Notes: generated from the letters alone by a model not told the origin. Positions 16,441-26,890 are shown, counted from the stretch's first letter. The stretch is 32,000 nucleotides of DNA from Coprobacillaceae bacterium (GCA_963675515.1 OY776328.1:1830001-1862000), one strand, 5' to 3'. A program made the numbers and translations.

Positions 16441-17011
16441 ATGCGTGTAGGAGTATCAGACTACTTGTTTCAGGCTAACATGACAGCCATCATTCCAAGT
16501 ATTGAATATTCAGTTGTGATTTTCCAATTGGAAAATCCTCCCATTTCATGCCTAGGCACTTATAGGGAAACGTTTCGCACCATGACTAAAGTCACGAGTG
16601 TTCTCGACCAGTTAATAAACTGAATTGCTTTCTAGTTACCCTAATCTCGATTCGTCAATATTTCCAAGGTCAATACGAAAATCATAATTACCATAGTTAA
16701 GATTAAGTCATCGCTAAATCCGCCAACATACAAAGATATACATTTTTATCATGGTATCCTGTAGTCAATTCGTTTTTATCAAATTTGTAGATGTAAATTG
16801 AAGCACGTATACTTGAAGAATAACCCGCATAATCAGCACCATTGTCTCGCATCAGAAAACACATGCAAATGTTTGATAAAGACAAAATCGCAATTATTGC
16901 CGGTTTTATCATCTTCTTCAACAAGTCCAACATCCAAAAATGAAAATGTTAGTTTAAAAACTTACCGTATGCTTGAACCATGAAAGAAGAAACTGTTGCT
17001 CTCAACCGCCT

Positions 17012-17039
17012 ACTAAAAAAGGACGAATCAATCCGTCCT
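17012..17039 (-). terminator. Intrinsic terminator of the suf-flippase transcription unit
   Basis: Stem aggacg (17020-17025) / cgtcct (17034-17039) overlapping the TAG stop, followed on the minus strand by T6 (17019-17014). Confidence 0.6.
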
Positions 17040-18450
17040 ACTTAACTTTTCTGATCACTTTTTTTGCCATGTCCAGGATAAGGTCGATAGCCATGACATA
17101 GACGAAGAACAGGCCAACCACGATACCTGCCATCACAAAATAAATGTTTGACGAAATGACAGCATATCCCACCAAAGTCATCACAACGGCAGTGAATATC
17201 ACTTGACGCTTGTTGATTGTAAGTTTCATGAATCGTTTGTTGATGTCGTACATTCGGTAAAGCAGCAATGCCGAATTGGCAATGAAAGTCGAATATACAG
17301 CTATCTCCAGCCCGAAAAAAGGCATGAATGCCAAATTGATAGCGATGTTGACAACGGCAGCCACCGTCGTGGAGATTGTCATATTGTTCGTCTGTTTGAG
17401 TGCGATATAAATGCTGCCCAAAAACTGGGCAAGACTGTATATGAATACCGCTCCAATTAGAAGGGATGTGTATTTGAACCCCTCATAAAGTTTGATGTTG
17501 CGAATAAGCAACTGATATAGTACCGGTGAAATAATCATCAGCATTACCGATCCTGCCGCCAACAGACGGAACAGGATGCGGTACATCTTTCGATAATATG
17601 ATTCGCGGTCACTGTCATCGGCACTCTTGATTGCCGACTCCATCCAGGCCATATTGAAAGCCGGGTAGATTAGGTTCACAAGCGAAGGGATCTGATTGGC
17701 CGCACCATAAATACCGGTTGCCGCGGCACCGAAAAACAAATTCAACATCCAGCGATCCGAAGTGGTATTAAGATACCAGGCAATGTTGTTTGGCAAAAAC
17801 GGCAGGCTGTAATGCATCATGTCCCTGAACAAGTTGCTGTCAAACAGCTTTGGACGGTAATACTTGTATACCTGACCGACAATCACAACATACACTATTC
17901 CGACCAGATTGGCCAAAGCCAAAGAGAGTATAATTCCAGCATAACCAAGATGGAATACAACCAGGTTGACAAAGATGAATATGAAATTCACAAAAACAAT
18001 CAGAGCCGCCTGGGTTGAGTAACCCTTATACTTTGAAAATCCCCTCAATATGAACCGTGACTGCCCGGCCAGTATTTCTGAAAAAAGGTAAAATATCAAA
18101 ACAAACTTCCAGATGCCCGGATAAATCGAAATCGGTATAATGATTCCGATTACGCCAACCAAAGCCATTATCGCAAAAATAAAAGTCAACCCGGTTGTTA
18201 TAACTGTTTTTTTCTGCTGTTCATCTTTCGCATCGATCAAAAAGCGATAAAGCGATTGCTCGATCTGGAGCGAAATAATTGGGACTATCAACGAAATAAC
18301 TGTCGTTGTGGTCAGCTGATAATAGCCATAGCCGTCACTGGTTGTATTGGCCGTTATTATCGGTGTAGTAAAAAAACTCACCATCCGTGGCAGGAAAGTC
18401 CCCAGCATCAATATTAATGAATTAAAAATCAATTTTTTTTCTCTAGACAT
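17038..18450 (-). CDS. MOP-superfamily oligo/polysaccharide flippase (Wzx/Polysacc_synt-like)
   Basis: 470 aa and about 12-14 TM, with the N-terminus LIFNSLILMLGTFLPRMVSFFTTPIIT typical of this family. GAGGAA RBS. Confidence 0.75.
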   Translation of the reverse strand: MSREKKLIFNSLILMLGTFLPRMVSFFTTPIITANTTSDGYGYYQLTTTTVISLIVPIISLQIEQSLYRFLIDAKDEQQKKTVITTGLTFIFAIMALVGVIGIIIPISIYPGIWKFVLIFYLFSEILAGQSRFILRGFSKYKGYSTQAALIVFVNFIFIFVNLVVFHLGYAGIILSLALANLVGIVYVVIVGQVYKYYRPKLFDSNLFRDMMHYSLPFLPNNIAWYLNTTSDRWMLNLFFGAAATGIYGAANQIPSLVNLIYPAFNMAWMESAIKSADDSDRESYYRKMYRILFRLLAAGSVMLMIISPVLYQLLIRNIKLYEGFKYTSLLIGAVFIYSLAQFLGSIYIALKQTNNMTISTTVAAVVNIAINLAFMPFFGLEIAVYSTFIANSALLLYRMYDINKRFMKLTINKRQVIFTAVVMTLVGYAVISSNIYFVMAGIVVGLFFVYVMAIDLILDMAKKVIRKVK

Positions 18451-18462
18451 AATTTATTTTCC

Positions 18463-19011
18463 TCAAAGCTCATTATAGATAAAATTAAGAGGAAAATCAA
18501 ACGGATTTATATCAATCGAATCCGTCATTTGGAAACTGAAAGCCAATCCGATTGTTAGATTGTCAAAATCACTCAAATAGCGATCATAGTAACCCTTGCC
18601 ATATCCGATGCGATGATTGGCCTGGTCATATGCCAAGAGAGGTACATAGATGATGTCGAGATCGTTCTTTTTCGTGACTTTTTTGGCTGTTGGTTCCAGC
18701 ACCCCGAAAGTTCCTTGTCGTAACTGATCAAGTCTGTCTATTTCATAAAAATCCATTAACTCGCTAGACACCCGAGGGACGCTGACCTTCTTGCCGTTTT
18801 TCAGGCAATAAGCAATCAGTTTCAAAGTGTCAACTTCATTCTTGAAACTTACGTATAAACCTACATGATGAGCGTTTATAAAACGCTCATCATTAATCAC
18901 TTTATTAAAAATGAGGTTGGACAGCCTTTCAAATTCTTCAACTGACAAATCGTTGCGTCTTTTCATCATGATACGCCGCAATTTGTCCTTACCCAATTTT
19001 GCTGTCTCCAA
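18463..19011 (-). CDS. 5-formyltetrahydrofolate cyclo-ligase
   Basis: It has the [20 protein letters not shown]-terminal pattern and the [11 protein letters not shown] motif. The track start is a TTG overlapping sufB by 23 nt, no clear RBS is visible, and an internal ATG pair at 18969 is an alternative start. Confidence 0.8.
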   Translation of the reverse strand: METAKLGKDKLRRIMMKRRNDLSVEEFERLSNLIFNKVINDERFINAHHVGLYVSFKNEVDTLKLIAYCLKNGKKVSVPRVSSELMDFYEIDRLDQLRQGTFGVLEPTAKKVTKKNDLDIIYVPLLAYDQANHRIGYGKGYYDRYLSDFDNLTIGLAFSFQMTDSIDINPFDFPLNFIYNEL

Positions 19012-20395
19012 AATCCATTTTGATCAGTTGGTTCAATTCAACCGCATACTCCATCGGCAATTCTTTTGAGAACGGCTCAATGAAGCCCATAATGATCATC
19101 TCGGCCGCCTCTTTTTCGCTAAGCCCGCGTGACATGAGATAGAACAACTGCTCTTCTGAAATTTTTGATACTGTTGCTTCATGCTCGATGATCGAATCCG
19201 CATTCAATGACAAGTTCGTTGGCAGCGTATCCGAAGTTGATTTCTCGTCGATAATCATTGTATCGCACTCCACCTTTGATCGGGCATTGTGTGCTGAAGG
19301 GTTATGACGGATCAAACCGCGATAATTGGCCTTCCCTCCATTTAAAGCGATGGACTTGGATACAATCGTGCTTGAAGTGTTTTTTCCCAGATGGATCATC
19401 TTCGCACCAGAATCCAATACCTGGTTGTTGCGGGCAACGGCAACTGTAATTGCGCTACCTTTCGAATTGTCCCCTGCCAATACACAACAAGGGTATTTCA
19501 TTGTCTTTTCGCTACCCAGGTTTCCGTCCACCCATTCCATGGTTGCGTTGTTTCCAACCTTGGCTCTTTGAGTTACCAGATTCAGGATGTTATGCGACCA
19601 GTTCTGGATTGTCGTATAGCGACACTTGGCCCCGTCGAGTACAACAATCTCGACAACTCCTGAGTGCAGCGCATCTTTGGAAAATGAAGGAGCTGTACAG
19701 CCCTCTACATAATGAACATCGGCACCTTCATCAACGATGATAAGTGTCCGTTCAAATTGACCTGAACTCTCAGTGTTGATCCGGAAATACGACTGAATAG
19801 GTTTATCCAGCTTTACCCCTTTAGGAACATAGACAAATGATCCACCAGACCAGAATGCGCCATTTAGAGCCGAAAATTTATTGTCGGTGTATGGAATTAC
19901 CGTATCGAAATATTTTTTGAACATTTCGGGATATTCCCTTAGCCCGCTGTCGGTATCAAGGAAAACGACACCTTTTTCACTCAGCTCTTCGAGCATGTTA
20001 TGATAAACCACCTCCGACTCATATTGAGTCGACATCCCCGCCAAAAACTTTTGTTCCGCCTCAGGAAGTCCAAGTCGATCAAAAGTATCTTTGATTGTCT
20101 CAGGCACATCTTCCCATGATGCGGTTTGTCTTTGCGAGGGTTTAATGTAATATGTATACTCTTCAAAATCTATGTCACTCAGATCGACACCCCAGGTCGG
20201 CATAGGCATTTCCTTGAATTTTTTCAATGATTTCAAGCGATATTCCAGCATCCATTCGGGTTCGTTCTTGATCTTTGACATTTCACGAACAACTTCTTCC
20301 TTTAAACCCTTAGAAGATGTGTAGTAGTTTTCAACTACGTCCGCGACACCAAAATCGTCAGTTTGAAAAGTTATGCTTTTTTCTTTTTCTTCCAT
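18989..20395 (-). CDS. sufB: Fe-S cluster assembly protein SufB
   Basis: 468 aa counted from ATG 20395 (AGGTGG RBS). It has the conserved core and the C-terminus [27 protein letters not shown]. Confidence 0.92.
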   Translation of the reverse strand: MEEKEKSITFQTDDFGVADVVENYYTSSKGLKEEVVREMSKIKNEPEWMLEYRLKSLKKFKEMPMPTWGVDLSDIDFEEYTYYIKPSQRQTASWEDVPETIKDTFDRLGLPEAEQKFLAGMSTQYESEVVYHNMLEELSEKGVVFLDTDSGLREYPEMFKKYFDTVIPYTDNKFSALNGAFWSGGSFVYVPKGVKLDKPIQSYFRINTESSGQFERTLIIVDEGADVHYVEGCTAPSFSKDALHSGVVEIVVLDGAKCRYTTIQNWSHNILNLVTQRAKVGNNATMEWVDGNLGSEKTMKYPCCVLAGDNSKGSAITVAVARNNQVLDSGAKMIHLGKNTSSTIVSKSIALNGGKANYRGLIRHNPSAHNARSKVECDTMIIDEKSTSDTLPTNLSLNADSIIEHEATVSKISEEQLFYLMSRGLSEKEAAEMIIMGFIEPFSKELPMEYAVELNQLIKMDFGDSKIG

Positions 20396-20404
20396 ATATA
20401 CCAC

Positions 20405-20848
20405 CTATTTTTCATTCAATAATTTTTCAATTCCATTCCAACCGATAGTGGCACACTTGATTCTGCTTGCCTGCTTATGGGTGTTTTTGAACGCAATTGC
20501 TTCTTCGAGAATTTCGGGGTCATAATCTTTTTCAAAAATCATGTTATTAAAATTCTTGATAATATCATTTGCTTCATCACGGGTTTTACCGATCAGAAGC
20601 TCGGTCATAATTGAAGTCGACGCTGTTGAAATAGCGCAAGATTCTCCGTCAAAACGAATATCTTTTATAGTGTCACCATCCATCAGCAGCTGGATGTCGA
20701 TATTGTCAATGCAAGTCGTCGAATCCATGTTGATTTTCTTATATTCACCGTCATCGACAAGCTTATGATGACGAGGATCTTTGTAGTGATCCAAAATGAT
20801 TGCTTTGAATAATTCTTCCTCATTAAAAGAAGGCATCGAGAAATTCAT
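20405..20848 (-). CDS. sufU: SUF-type Fe-S scaffold/sulfur-transfer protein SufU (IscU-like)
   Basis: It has the three-Cys pattern (TTCID, GESCAIS, RIKCATIGW). The start is ambiguous between ATG 20848 and ATG 20836, and both overlap the sufS end. Confidence 0.88.
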   Translation of the reverse strand: MNFSMPSFNEEELFKAIILDHYKDPRHHKLVDDGEYKKINMDSTTCIDNIDIQLLMDGDTIKDIRFDGESCAISTASTSIMTELLIGKTRDEANDIIKNFNNMIFEKDYDPEILEEAIAFKNTHKQASRIKCATIGWNGIEKLLNEK

Positions 20849-22046
20849 CTCCTTTCTTGCATACTTCTACAAACCGGTCAATATCCTCAAAGGAATTATA
20901 AAGATAGAGACTCGCTCTTAAAGTTTGGTTAGTATTTAAAAAATTGTGAAGCAGCTTGGCGCAATGGTTGCCATTGCGTACTGCAATTCCCTCTTTGTTG
21001 AAAAGTGAAGCGACATCCTGGGCAAAGACCCCTTTGATATTGAAGGCAATCGGGCCTGTGGAATTTTCATTGTAGACAATAACCTTGTCAACTTGCTTCA
21101 GTTTCTCAATCGCATATTTCCGCAGTTCGATTTCGTATTTATGGATTTCGTCGAAACCAATCGAATTCAAATAATCGATTGCGGCACCAAAACCAATCAC
21201 TCCTGCGATGTTGGGCGTGCCTGATTCAAACCGCGTCGGGATGTCCTTAAGTTTCAACTGACAATCCTTGTCATAACGGGCATTCGAGCCACCTCCATAA
21301 CGGGTCGGGTTCATCTGCTCCAAGAGACTCATTTTACCATACAGGATTCCTACACCAGTCGGACCGCACATCTTATGAGCGGAAAAAGCCAAAAAATCTA
21401 TATCAAGATCTTGCACATCGACTTTTTGGTGGGGAACCGACTGGGCACCGTCCACCACCACCACTATTCCTTTGGAATGCAAAAACGCGATAATGTCCTT
21501 CAAATCTATTTCATACCCAAGCACGTTTGACACCTGTGCCAAGGCAACAAGTTTGGTGTTTGGCTTAATCGCCTTTTTGACATTCTCCAAAGTCACCTTA
21601 CCTTCTGCGTCCAGGTCGATATAGCCGATTTGGCATCCGGTCTGTTTTGAAACTTCAAACCAAGGCAGAGTGTTCGAGGCATGTTCGGAATAGTTGATCA
21701 GGATTTCATCGTTTGCACCAAGATGGGTCAACCCATAGCCGTATGCAACCATATTGAGCGAATCAGTGGTGCCGGAAGTGAAAACAACCTCTTCCTTTTG
21801 GCAATTTATCAAATCCGCCACTTTTACCCTTACTCCTTCAAACAGCTGATCAACCTCCAAAGAAAGGTCATAGTCGCCACGATGGGCGTTGGCTCCCAAA
21901 TTGGAGTAATAATAAACAACTGCATCTATAACGGATTGGGGCTTGAGCGTCGTAGCACCATTGTCAAGATAAACTACCGGCTTGCCTTGCATTGTGGCAT
22001 TCTGTAAAACGGGGAAATCCTTGCGGATTTTTTCGATATCAAGCAT
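20823..22046 (-). CDS. sufS: Cysteine desulfurase SufS (class II aminotransferase V)
   Basis: 407 aa with the PLP-Lys context SAHKMCGPTGVGILYG and the active-site region NGNHCA. Its start overlaps the sufD stop (TGATG). Confidence 0.92.
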   Translation of the reverse strand: MLDIEKIRKDFPVLQNATMQGKPVVYLDNGATTLKPQSVIDAVVYYYSNLGANAHRGDYDLSLEVDQLFEGVRVKVADLINCQKEEVVFTSGTTDSLNMVAYGYGLTHLGANDEILINYSEHASNTLPWFEVSKQTGCQIGYIDLDAEGKVTLENVKKAIKPNTKLVALAQVSNVLGYEIDLKDIIAFLHSKGIVVVVDGAQSVPHQKVDVQDLDIDFLAFSAHKMCGPTGVGILYGKMSLLEQMNPTRYGGGSNARYDKDCQLKLKDIPTRFESGTPNIAGVIGFGAAIDYLNSIGFDEIHKYEIELRKYAIEKLKQVDKVIVYNENSTGPIAFNIKGVFAQDVASLFNKEGIAVRNGNHCAKLLHNFLNTNQTLRASLYLYNSFEDIDRFVEVCKKGDEFLDAFF

Positions 22047-22921
22047 CAGCCAATCACCTTCTCATTCAACAAATTGGCAACCTGTTCCTTGATCTGTTCA
22101 TTATTGATGTAGTTGATTACCGGTTTGAAATAACCGATAGTAACAAGGCTCATTGCCTGCTGTTGGGAAAGGCCTCGCGATTGCAGGTAGAACAACTGCT
22201 GATCATCGATTTTTCCAACACTGGCACCATGAGACGCGCTGACATCGTATTCATCCACCAGTAAATATGGATTTGCCTGTGCCTGACACTTCTTGTCAAA
22301 AACAATAATCTTGTTGATTTGGTGAGTGCTTGATTTAAGACACCCTTTGGCGATTTTACCGATACCGTTGATAATCAAAGATCCCGTGTTTTTAACAATG
22401 CCGTAATTGTCCATGTTACCATAAGTATGATGGCTGAGGTGATTCAATTCAATGTCGTACTTTTTCCTGCTGCCATCGCTCAATACACCCAAGTGGACAT
22501 GCGCCTGGGCTCCTGGCGAAAGCAAATTGTAATTGATCTTGTTTTGACAATTGGTTGCACCCAAATCGAGATAAGCGCTTCTGATCATCGCATCCTCAAC
22601 GTTGACTGTTTCAGTTATATTCAAAACATGTTTTTCCTGAGTGCGGTTTTCAACATAGCGATTAACCTGGACTTGAGACTCGATTTGATATTCATTTTCA
22701 ACATCACTGTCATCAAGAAATTCATAAAACTCGTAAAGATCAAGTTGGGCTTCAATTTTGAAAACCAGATTATTTAAACCGGGGGTTGATTTGTAAACAA
22801 CTTTAAGACTGGTAGGTTGTAAGACAATGATATTATTGCCAACAATTTTTATCTTGTTATCACTTTCAATAACACTAATTCCATTGTCGATTACAATAAC
22901 ATTATTGATAGCGCCGTTCAT
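22046..22921 (-). CDS. sufD: Fe-S cluster assembly protein SufD (short form)
   Basis: The beta-helix core and the C-terminus QQLFYLQSRGLSQQQAMSLVTIGYF are paralogous to SufB. It is only 291 aa. Its start overlaps the sufC stop. Confidence 0.8.
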   Translation of the reverse strand: MNGAINNVIVIDNGISVIESDNKIKIVGNNIIVLQPTSLKVVYKSTPGLNNLVFKIEAQLDLYEFYEFLDDSDVENEYQIESQVQVNRYVENRTQEKHVLNITETVNVEDAMIRSAYLDLGATNCQNKINYNLLSPGAQAHVHLGVLSDGSRKKYDIELNHLSHHTYGNMDNYGIVKNTGSLIINGIGKIAKGCLKSSTHQINKIIVFDKKCQAQANPYLLVDEYDVSASHGASVGKIDDQQLFYLQSRGLSQQQAMSLVTIGYFKPVINYINNEQIKEQVANLLNEKVIG

Positions 22922-23730
22922 TAAAATCTACCTGCGTGTGCACAATTTTCCAATAAAATCGGTTTCTTGTCTTCTTCTTGTTGTATATCAATCCCCAATT
23001 CTTTAACCCAGTCATATCCCTCGGTATCGATCTTGTCAACGATTTCAGGACCGCCTTCCAATACGATCACCCCGTTAACGATAACATGAACGTGCGTAGG
23101 TTCAACCAGTTTGAACATTCTTTCATAGTGAGAAACCAGCATCATGCTGCGTTCACCGTCGCGCATTTCATTGATAGCCTGAGCGACGATTCTCAAAGCA
23201 TCGACATCAAGGCCTGAATCTATCTCATCAAGCATCGCGATTTGCGGTTGCAATAGCTTCATTTGCAGAATCTCATTGCGTTTCTTTTCACCACCGGAGA
23301 AGCCGGCATTCAAGTAACGGTGAGCGAGATTCTCGTCCATTTTCAATTCTGTAATTGCACCATCAAGTTCTTTTATGAACTTGAACAGTGAAATCGGTGT
23401 TTCCCGGCGCGCATTCATTGCCGCCCGTAAGAAGTCCGATGTGGTTACCCCTGGTATTTCCTGAGGGTATTGCATTGCCAAGAACAAACCAGCCTTCGAG
23501 CGTTCATCTACGCTCATCTTAACCAATTCCTTACCATCCAACTCAATCGAACCTTCAGTTACAATATATTTAGGATTACCCATGATGGTCGATAATAAAG
23601 TTGACTTACCGTTACCGTTTGGGCCCATTATTGCATGAACTTCATTGGGATTAATTTCGAGATTTACGCCTTTTAATATTTTTTTACCTTCAACCTCGAC
23701 GTGAAGGTTATTAATTTTCAATATTGCCAT
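22921..23730 (-). CDS. sufC: Fe-S cluster assembly ATPase SufC
   Basis: It has Walker A GPNGNGKST, the signature FSGGEKKR and Walker B AMLDEIDSGLD. ATG 23730 has an AAAGGGG RBS; the track's 23754 start is unlikely. Confidence 0.93.
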   Translation of the reverse strand: MAILKINNLHVEVEGKKILKGVNLEINPNEVHAIMGPNGNGKSTLLSTIMGNPKYIVTEGSIELDGKELVKMSVDERSKAGLFLAMQYPQEIPGVTTSDFLRAAMNARRETPISLFKFIKELDGAITELKMDENLAHRYLNAGFSGGEKKRNEILQMKLLQPQIAMLDEIDSGLDVDALRIVAQAINEMRDGERSMMLVSHYERMFKLVEPTHVHVIVNGVIVLEGGPEIVDKIDTEGYDWVKELGIDIQQEEDKKPILLENCAHAGRF

Positions 23731-23931
23731 ATTACTGCCCCTTTCATACTTCAATATAATACTAAATGTAAGTACAAATTACAACAATTATGATAATTTA
23801 ATTCCATTCTAATAATTTTTTCTTAATTTGATAAAATAATTCGTTTTAGTGATGTAACAATTGCCACAACAACAAATAGTATTGGCTTGATAGATTACTA
23901 TCGTGTTATAATATCCATATGGGGTGATTCT

Positions 23932-25017
23932 ATGAAATTTATAAGAAAAATAATTGATTATCTAAGATCCAAAGAACTGACATTAATAGGAATCAATATC
24001 ATTATAGTATTGTTGTCAATCTTGCTTGTTCATCTTAATCTCGATTTTTTTAATAAGATATTTTCCACTCTTTTTGCCATTGCCAGACCTTTCATATATG
24101 GTGGCATCATCGCTTTCGTCCTCGAACCTTTAATTGGTCTGACAAACAGATTTTACAATAATCGCAATGTGTGTGTGGCGTTCGTCTATACGCTGATTCT
24201 CATTGGTATGATCGTTTTGATATCCTATTCAATCCCTTTGTTCTATATGAATGTCGTAGAGTTGCTTCCAAGCTTCAATTCTGGACTGGCCCAAGTTCAG
24301 GAACTGATTTTGAAGTATCTTCATTTGGATATCTCGCAAATAATAACCCAGATTCAAAATGACATTTCCCAAGTATTGACTAATGATGTTGTCATCAACA
24401 CAACCATCGGCATATTCAATGAGCTAATATCAGTAATTCTGAGCTTCATCATCTATTTCATCATCGGTATATACGTCTCGATCTACTATAAAAAAGTCAA
24501 ACTGTACATGTACCGCATTTCATTTCATATCGACCGAAAAATGCCAAGGTATATAATTGCCATCAATGAATCGCTGCACAAGTGGCTCATCGCATTTTTC
24601 ATCACAGCCTTGTATCAGGGATTGGTTACCGCAATCATGTATCTGATGATAGGAAACGAGAACTTCATAATATTGGGCATTCTGTCTGGTTTGACTTCAA
24701 TTATTCCTTATTTCGGACCTGTGTTTATCAATATGTTGGGAATTATCCTTTCATTGAATCTTGGTCTTGCAAAAATTGCAATTCTACTTTTTTTGATTTT
24801 GATCCAGTCGAATATTTTTGGCTACGTTGTTGTTCCCAAGATTTATTCAAAAAGAATCAATCTTGGTATCTTCGAAATTTTATTTGCAATATTGACAGGA
24901 AACACCTTGATTGGACCTTTGGGAATCCTGATATCAATTCCGGTTTTGGTTGCAATTAAGACAATCCACGATATTTTTACCACAAATTCACAAAAAAGCT
25001 CGGCCCAAAATAATTGA
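23932..25017 (+). CDS. AI-2E family transporter (PerM/UPF0118)
   Basis: 361 aa counted from ATG 23932 (GGGGTGA RBS). It is polytopic, with the ARPFIYGGIIAFVLEPLI segment typical of the family. Confidence 0.8.
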   Translation: MKFIRKIIDYLRSKELTLIGINIIIVLLSILLVHLNLDFFNKIFSTLFAIARPFIYGGIIAFVLEPLIGLTNRFYNNRNVCVAFVYTLILIGMIVLISYSIPLFYMNVVELLPSFNSGLAQVQELILKYLHLDISQIITQIQNDISQVLTNDVVINTTIGIFNELISVILSFIIYFIIGIYVSIYYKKVKLYMYRISFHIDRKMPRYIIAINESLHKWLIAFFITALYQGLVTAIMYLMIGNENFIILGILSGLTSIIPYFGPVFINMLGIILSLNLGLAKIAILLFLILIQSNIFGYVVVPKIYSKRINLGIFEILFAILTGNTLIGPLGILISIPVLVAIKTIHDIFTTNSQKSSAQNN

Positions 25018-25067
25018 AATGACCGGGCTTTAATAGTATAATCAGGATGTTACACAAGGAGGAAACT

Positions 25068-26045
25068 ATGAATTTCAAAAAAATCACATTGCCGTTTTTA
25101 GTAAGTGGACTAATTTTAACCGGCTGCCAATCAGGCGGTTCCATACCAAAGGTTGACAATCAGGACGTAATAGCTTCGCTTACAGACTATAATATCCTTG
25201 CGGATGATATTTTCAACAAGATCAAGGAAACCACCAACGGTAAAAACGCTTATTATGCTGTAGTTATTGAAGCAATCGTCGAAAAATATTTTCCGATAAC
25301 CGAAGATATGAAAAACGATGCGAAAATAACAAGAGAATCAATCGAAGCGAGCTATCAGAGCAGTTACGGTGATTCGGCTGATGAATATCTTACTCAGGCG
25401 TTAGCATATTATGGATATGAATCAATGGACGAATATGAAGAGTCCCTGATAAGCCAGTATCAATATATCGCATTTTTGCAAGATTATATCGACAACAATC
25501 TTGACACAGTATTGGCGGACTATATCAGTGTAGCTAAACCTAGAACAGCAAGTGTTATTTCAATAACAGTTGAAAATGCCGACAGTCTTACAGATGATGA
25601 GAAAGCCAAACTCGATGCAGTTGATGAAAAGATTGCTGCCGGAGAAGATTTCGCGACTATTGCAGCGGAATATTCATCCGACTCAACAGCGACCGCAAGT
25701 GGAAGTCTTGGCATCGTTGATATAAACACGGATCTAGATTCCACATATGGTGATGGTGCAACGGATGAGGTAATCGGTTTGAATGCCGGGGAAACCTCAA
25801 GTTGGCTTGCCAACAGCACTGTAATTTCCATTTTCAGATGTGACAGCACCGACAGCGAAACAATCAAAGAAAAAGTCCAAACACTTGGCATCGACTCACC
25901 ACTATTGACATACGATAGCTATATGGAATATCTTGCCTTCAACACTTATGAGATAACCTATAAGGATGATGATGCAAAAACAATAATCCAGGAGATGGTG
26001 GCTGACGCCTTAGAAACAAGAGCTCAAGAAAGAGGTGACAACTAA
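25068..26045 (+). CDS. PrsA-like foldase lipoprotein with degenerate parvulin domain
   Basis: The signal peptide plus lipobox reads MNFKKITLPFLVSGLILTGC, with a GGAGG RBS before ATG 25068. The parvulin-like core is GEDFATIAAEYSSDSTATASGSLG. Confidence 0.65.
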   Translation: MNFKKITLPFLVSGLILTGCQSGGSIPKVDNQDVIASLTDYNILADDIFNKIKETTNGKNAYYAVVIEAIVEKYFPITEDMKNDAKITRESIEASYQSSYGDSADEYLTQALAYYGYESMDEYEESLISQYQYIAFLQDYIDNNLDTVLADYISVAKPRTASVISITVENADSLTDDEKAKLDAVDEKIAAGEDFATIAAEYSSDSTATASGSLGIVDINTDLDSTYGDGATDEVIGLNAGETSSWLANSTVISIFRCDSTDSETIKEKVQTLGIDSPLLTYDSYMEYLAFNTYEITYKDDDAKTIIQEMVADALETRAQERGDN

Positions 26046-26890
26046 TGAAAAAATTTATTCCATTTGCATTAGGTGCGGTCATCCTTTCCGGATGCACATC
26101 CAACCAGACATATATATCGACAGTCACAGACGGTACCTCGGCTTTGGTCGAGATCGATGGTACAACTATAACTAAAAATGATATTTACCATTATTATATG
26201 GAGAACTACGGAAGCTCACAGGTCCTTGATTTCGCATTGACCCACATTGCTCAAATCGAAATAACTGATCAGGATACCATTGATAAAAAGCTTCAGGAAA
26301 CCATCGATACTTATACAACGTACGCAGGTGTCGATTTGGATAGCTATGCGACTTCCCTTGGATACGAATCCGGAGACCAATACACCCAAGAAGCCCTTTT
26401 ACCTTCGGTACTGCAGCAATTGCTGATCGAAAAATACGTGACCGATAATGTTGCAACCCTTAAGGACGAATATAAAATCAAGTACCTTAAGACTGTCACA
26501 TTCAACACGGAAATTGAGGCTACAGATTTTATCAGCTCAACGACGAACGAAAATTTTGATACTGCAATCAGTGACAAGGACGGACTAGATGTAGGAATTG
26601 TAACTCAGGACAACACCGACCTTGACACCAATATAATCGGTGAACTTGACAGCTTTTCGACAGATGGAATCTACCAGGAAGTTATCAGCACCACCGACGG
26701 AAAATTCGTTGTTGTTTATGTTTACAACACTGAACTTGATGACGAGTCAAAAGCCGAGGTAGTTTCAACCTTGATGACCAGCGATGGCATTTCAACAGAA
26801 TGCGAAAAATACTATTTGGACACGTATGAATTCAATGTCAATGAACCTTTGATCAAAGAGGTTATTGATGCTACTTATGCTACCGAGTAA
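26045..26890 (+). CDS. Lipoprotein, PrsA/SurA N-terminal-domain-like, no PPIase domain evident
   Basis: The signal peptide plus lipobox reads MKKFIPFALGAVILSGC. Its start overlaps the previous stop (TAATG). It is an acidic Thr/Asp-rich protein. Confidence 0.6.
   Translation: MKKFIPFALGAVILSGCTSNQTYISTVTDGTSALVEIDGTTITKNDIYHYYMENYGSSQVLDFALTHIAQIEITDQDTIDKKLQETIDTYTTYAGVDLDSYATSLGYESGDQYTQEALLPSVLQQLLIEKYVTDNVATLKDEYKIKYLKTVTFNTEIEATDFISSTTNENFDTAISDKDGLDVGIVTQDNTDLDTNIIGELDSFSTDGIYQEVISTTDGKFVVVYVYNTELDDESKAEVVSTLMTSDGISTECEKYYLDTYEFNVNEPLIKEVIDATYATE

Noticed and set aside
15703-16623. Plus-strand ORFs 15703-15915, 15994-16233 and 16441-16623
   Set aside because: The first lies in non-coding AT-rich DNA without start signals. 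The other two are antisense shadows of the transposase remnant.
16703-16983. 76-aa minus-strand ORF (MLDLLKKMIKPAIIAILSLSNICMC...) and the overlapping 61-aa plus-strand ORF
   Set aside because: The hydrophobic N-terminus looks signal-peptide-like, but there is no RBS at either candidate ATG. The lipobox is non-canonical and the ORF sits in the decayed part of the island. This is unresolved rather than disproved, and I do not count it as a gene.
13471-17040. Direct repeat of the tRNA-Leu 3' end (att site) delimiting the island
   Set aside because: I scanned by eye for ttcgagtccc/cacccgcacca-like strings at the far end and found none. A computational search for short or degenerate repeats is still needed.
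19258-19740. Four overlapping plus-strand ORFs inside sufB
   Set aside because: They are antisense to a conserved gene and overlap each other in different frames, so they are artefacts.
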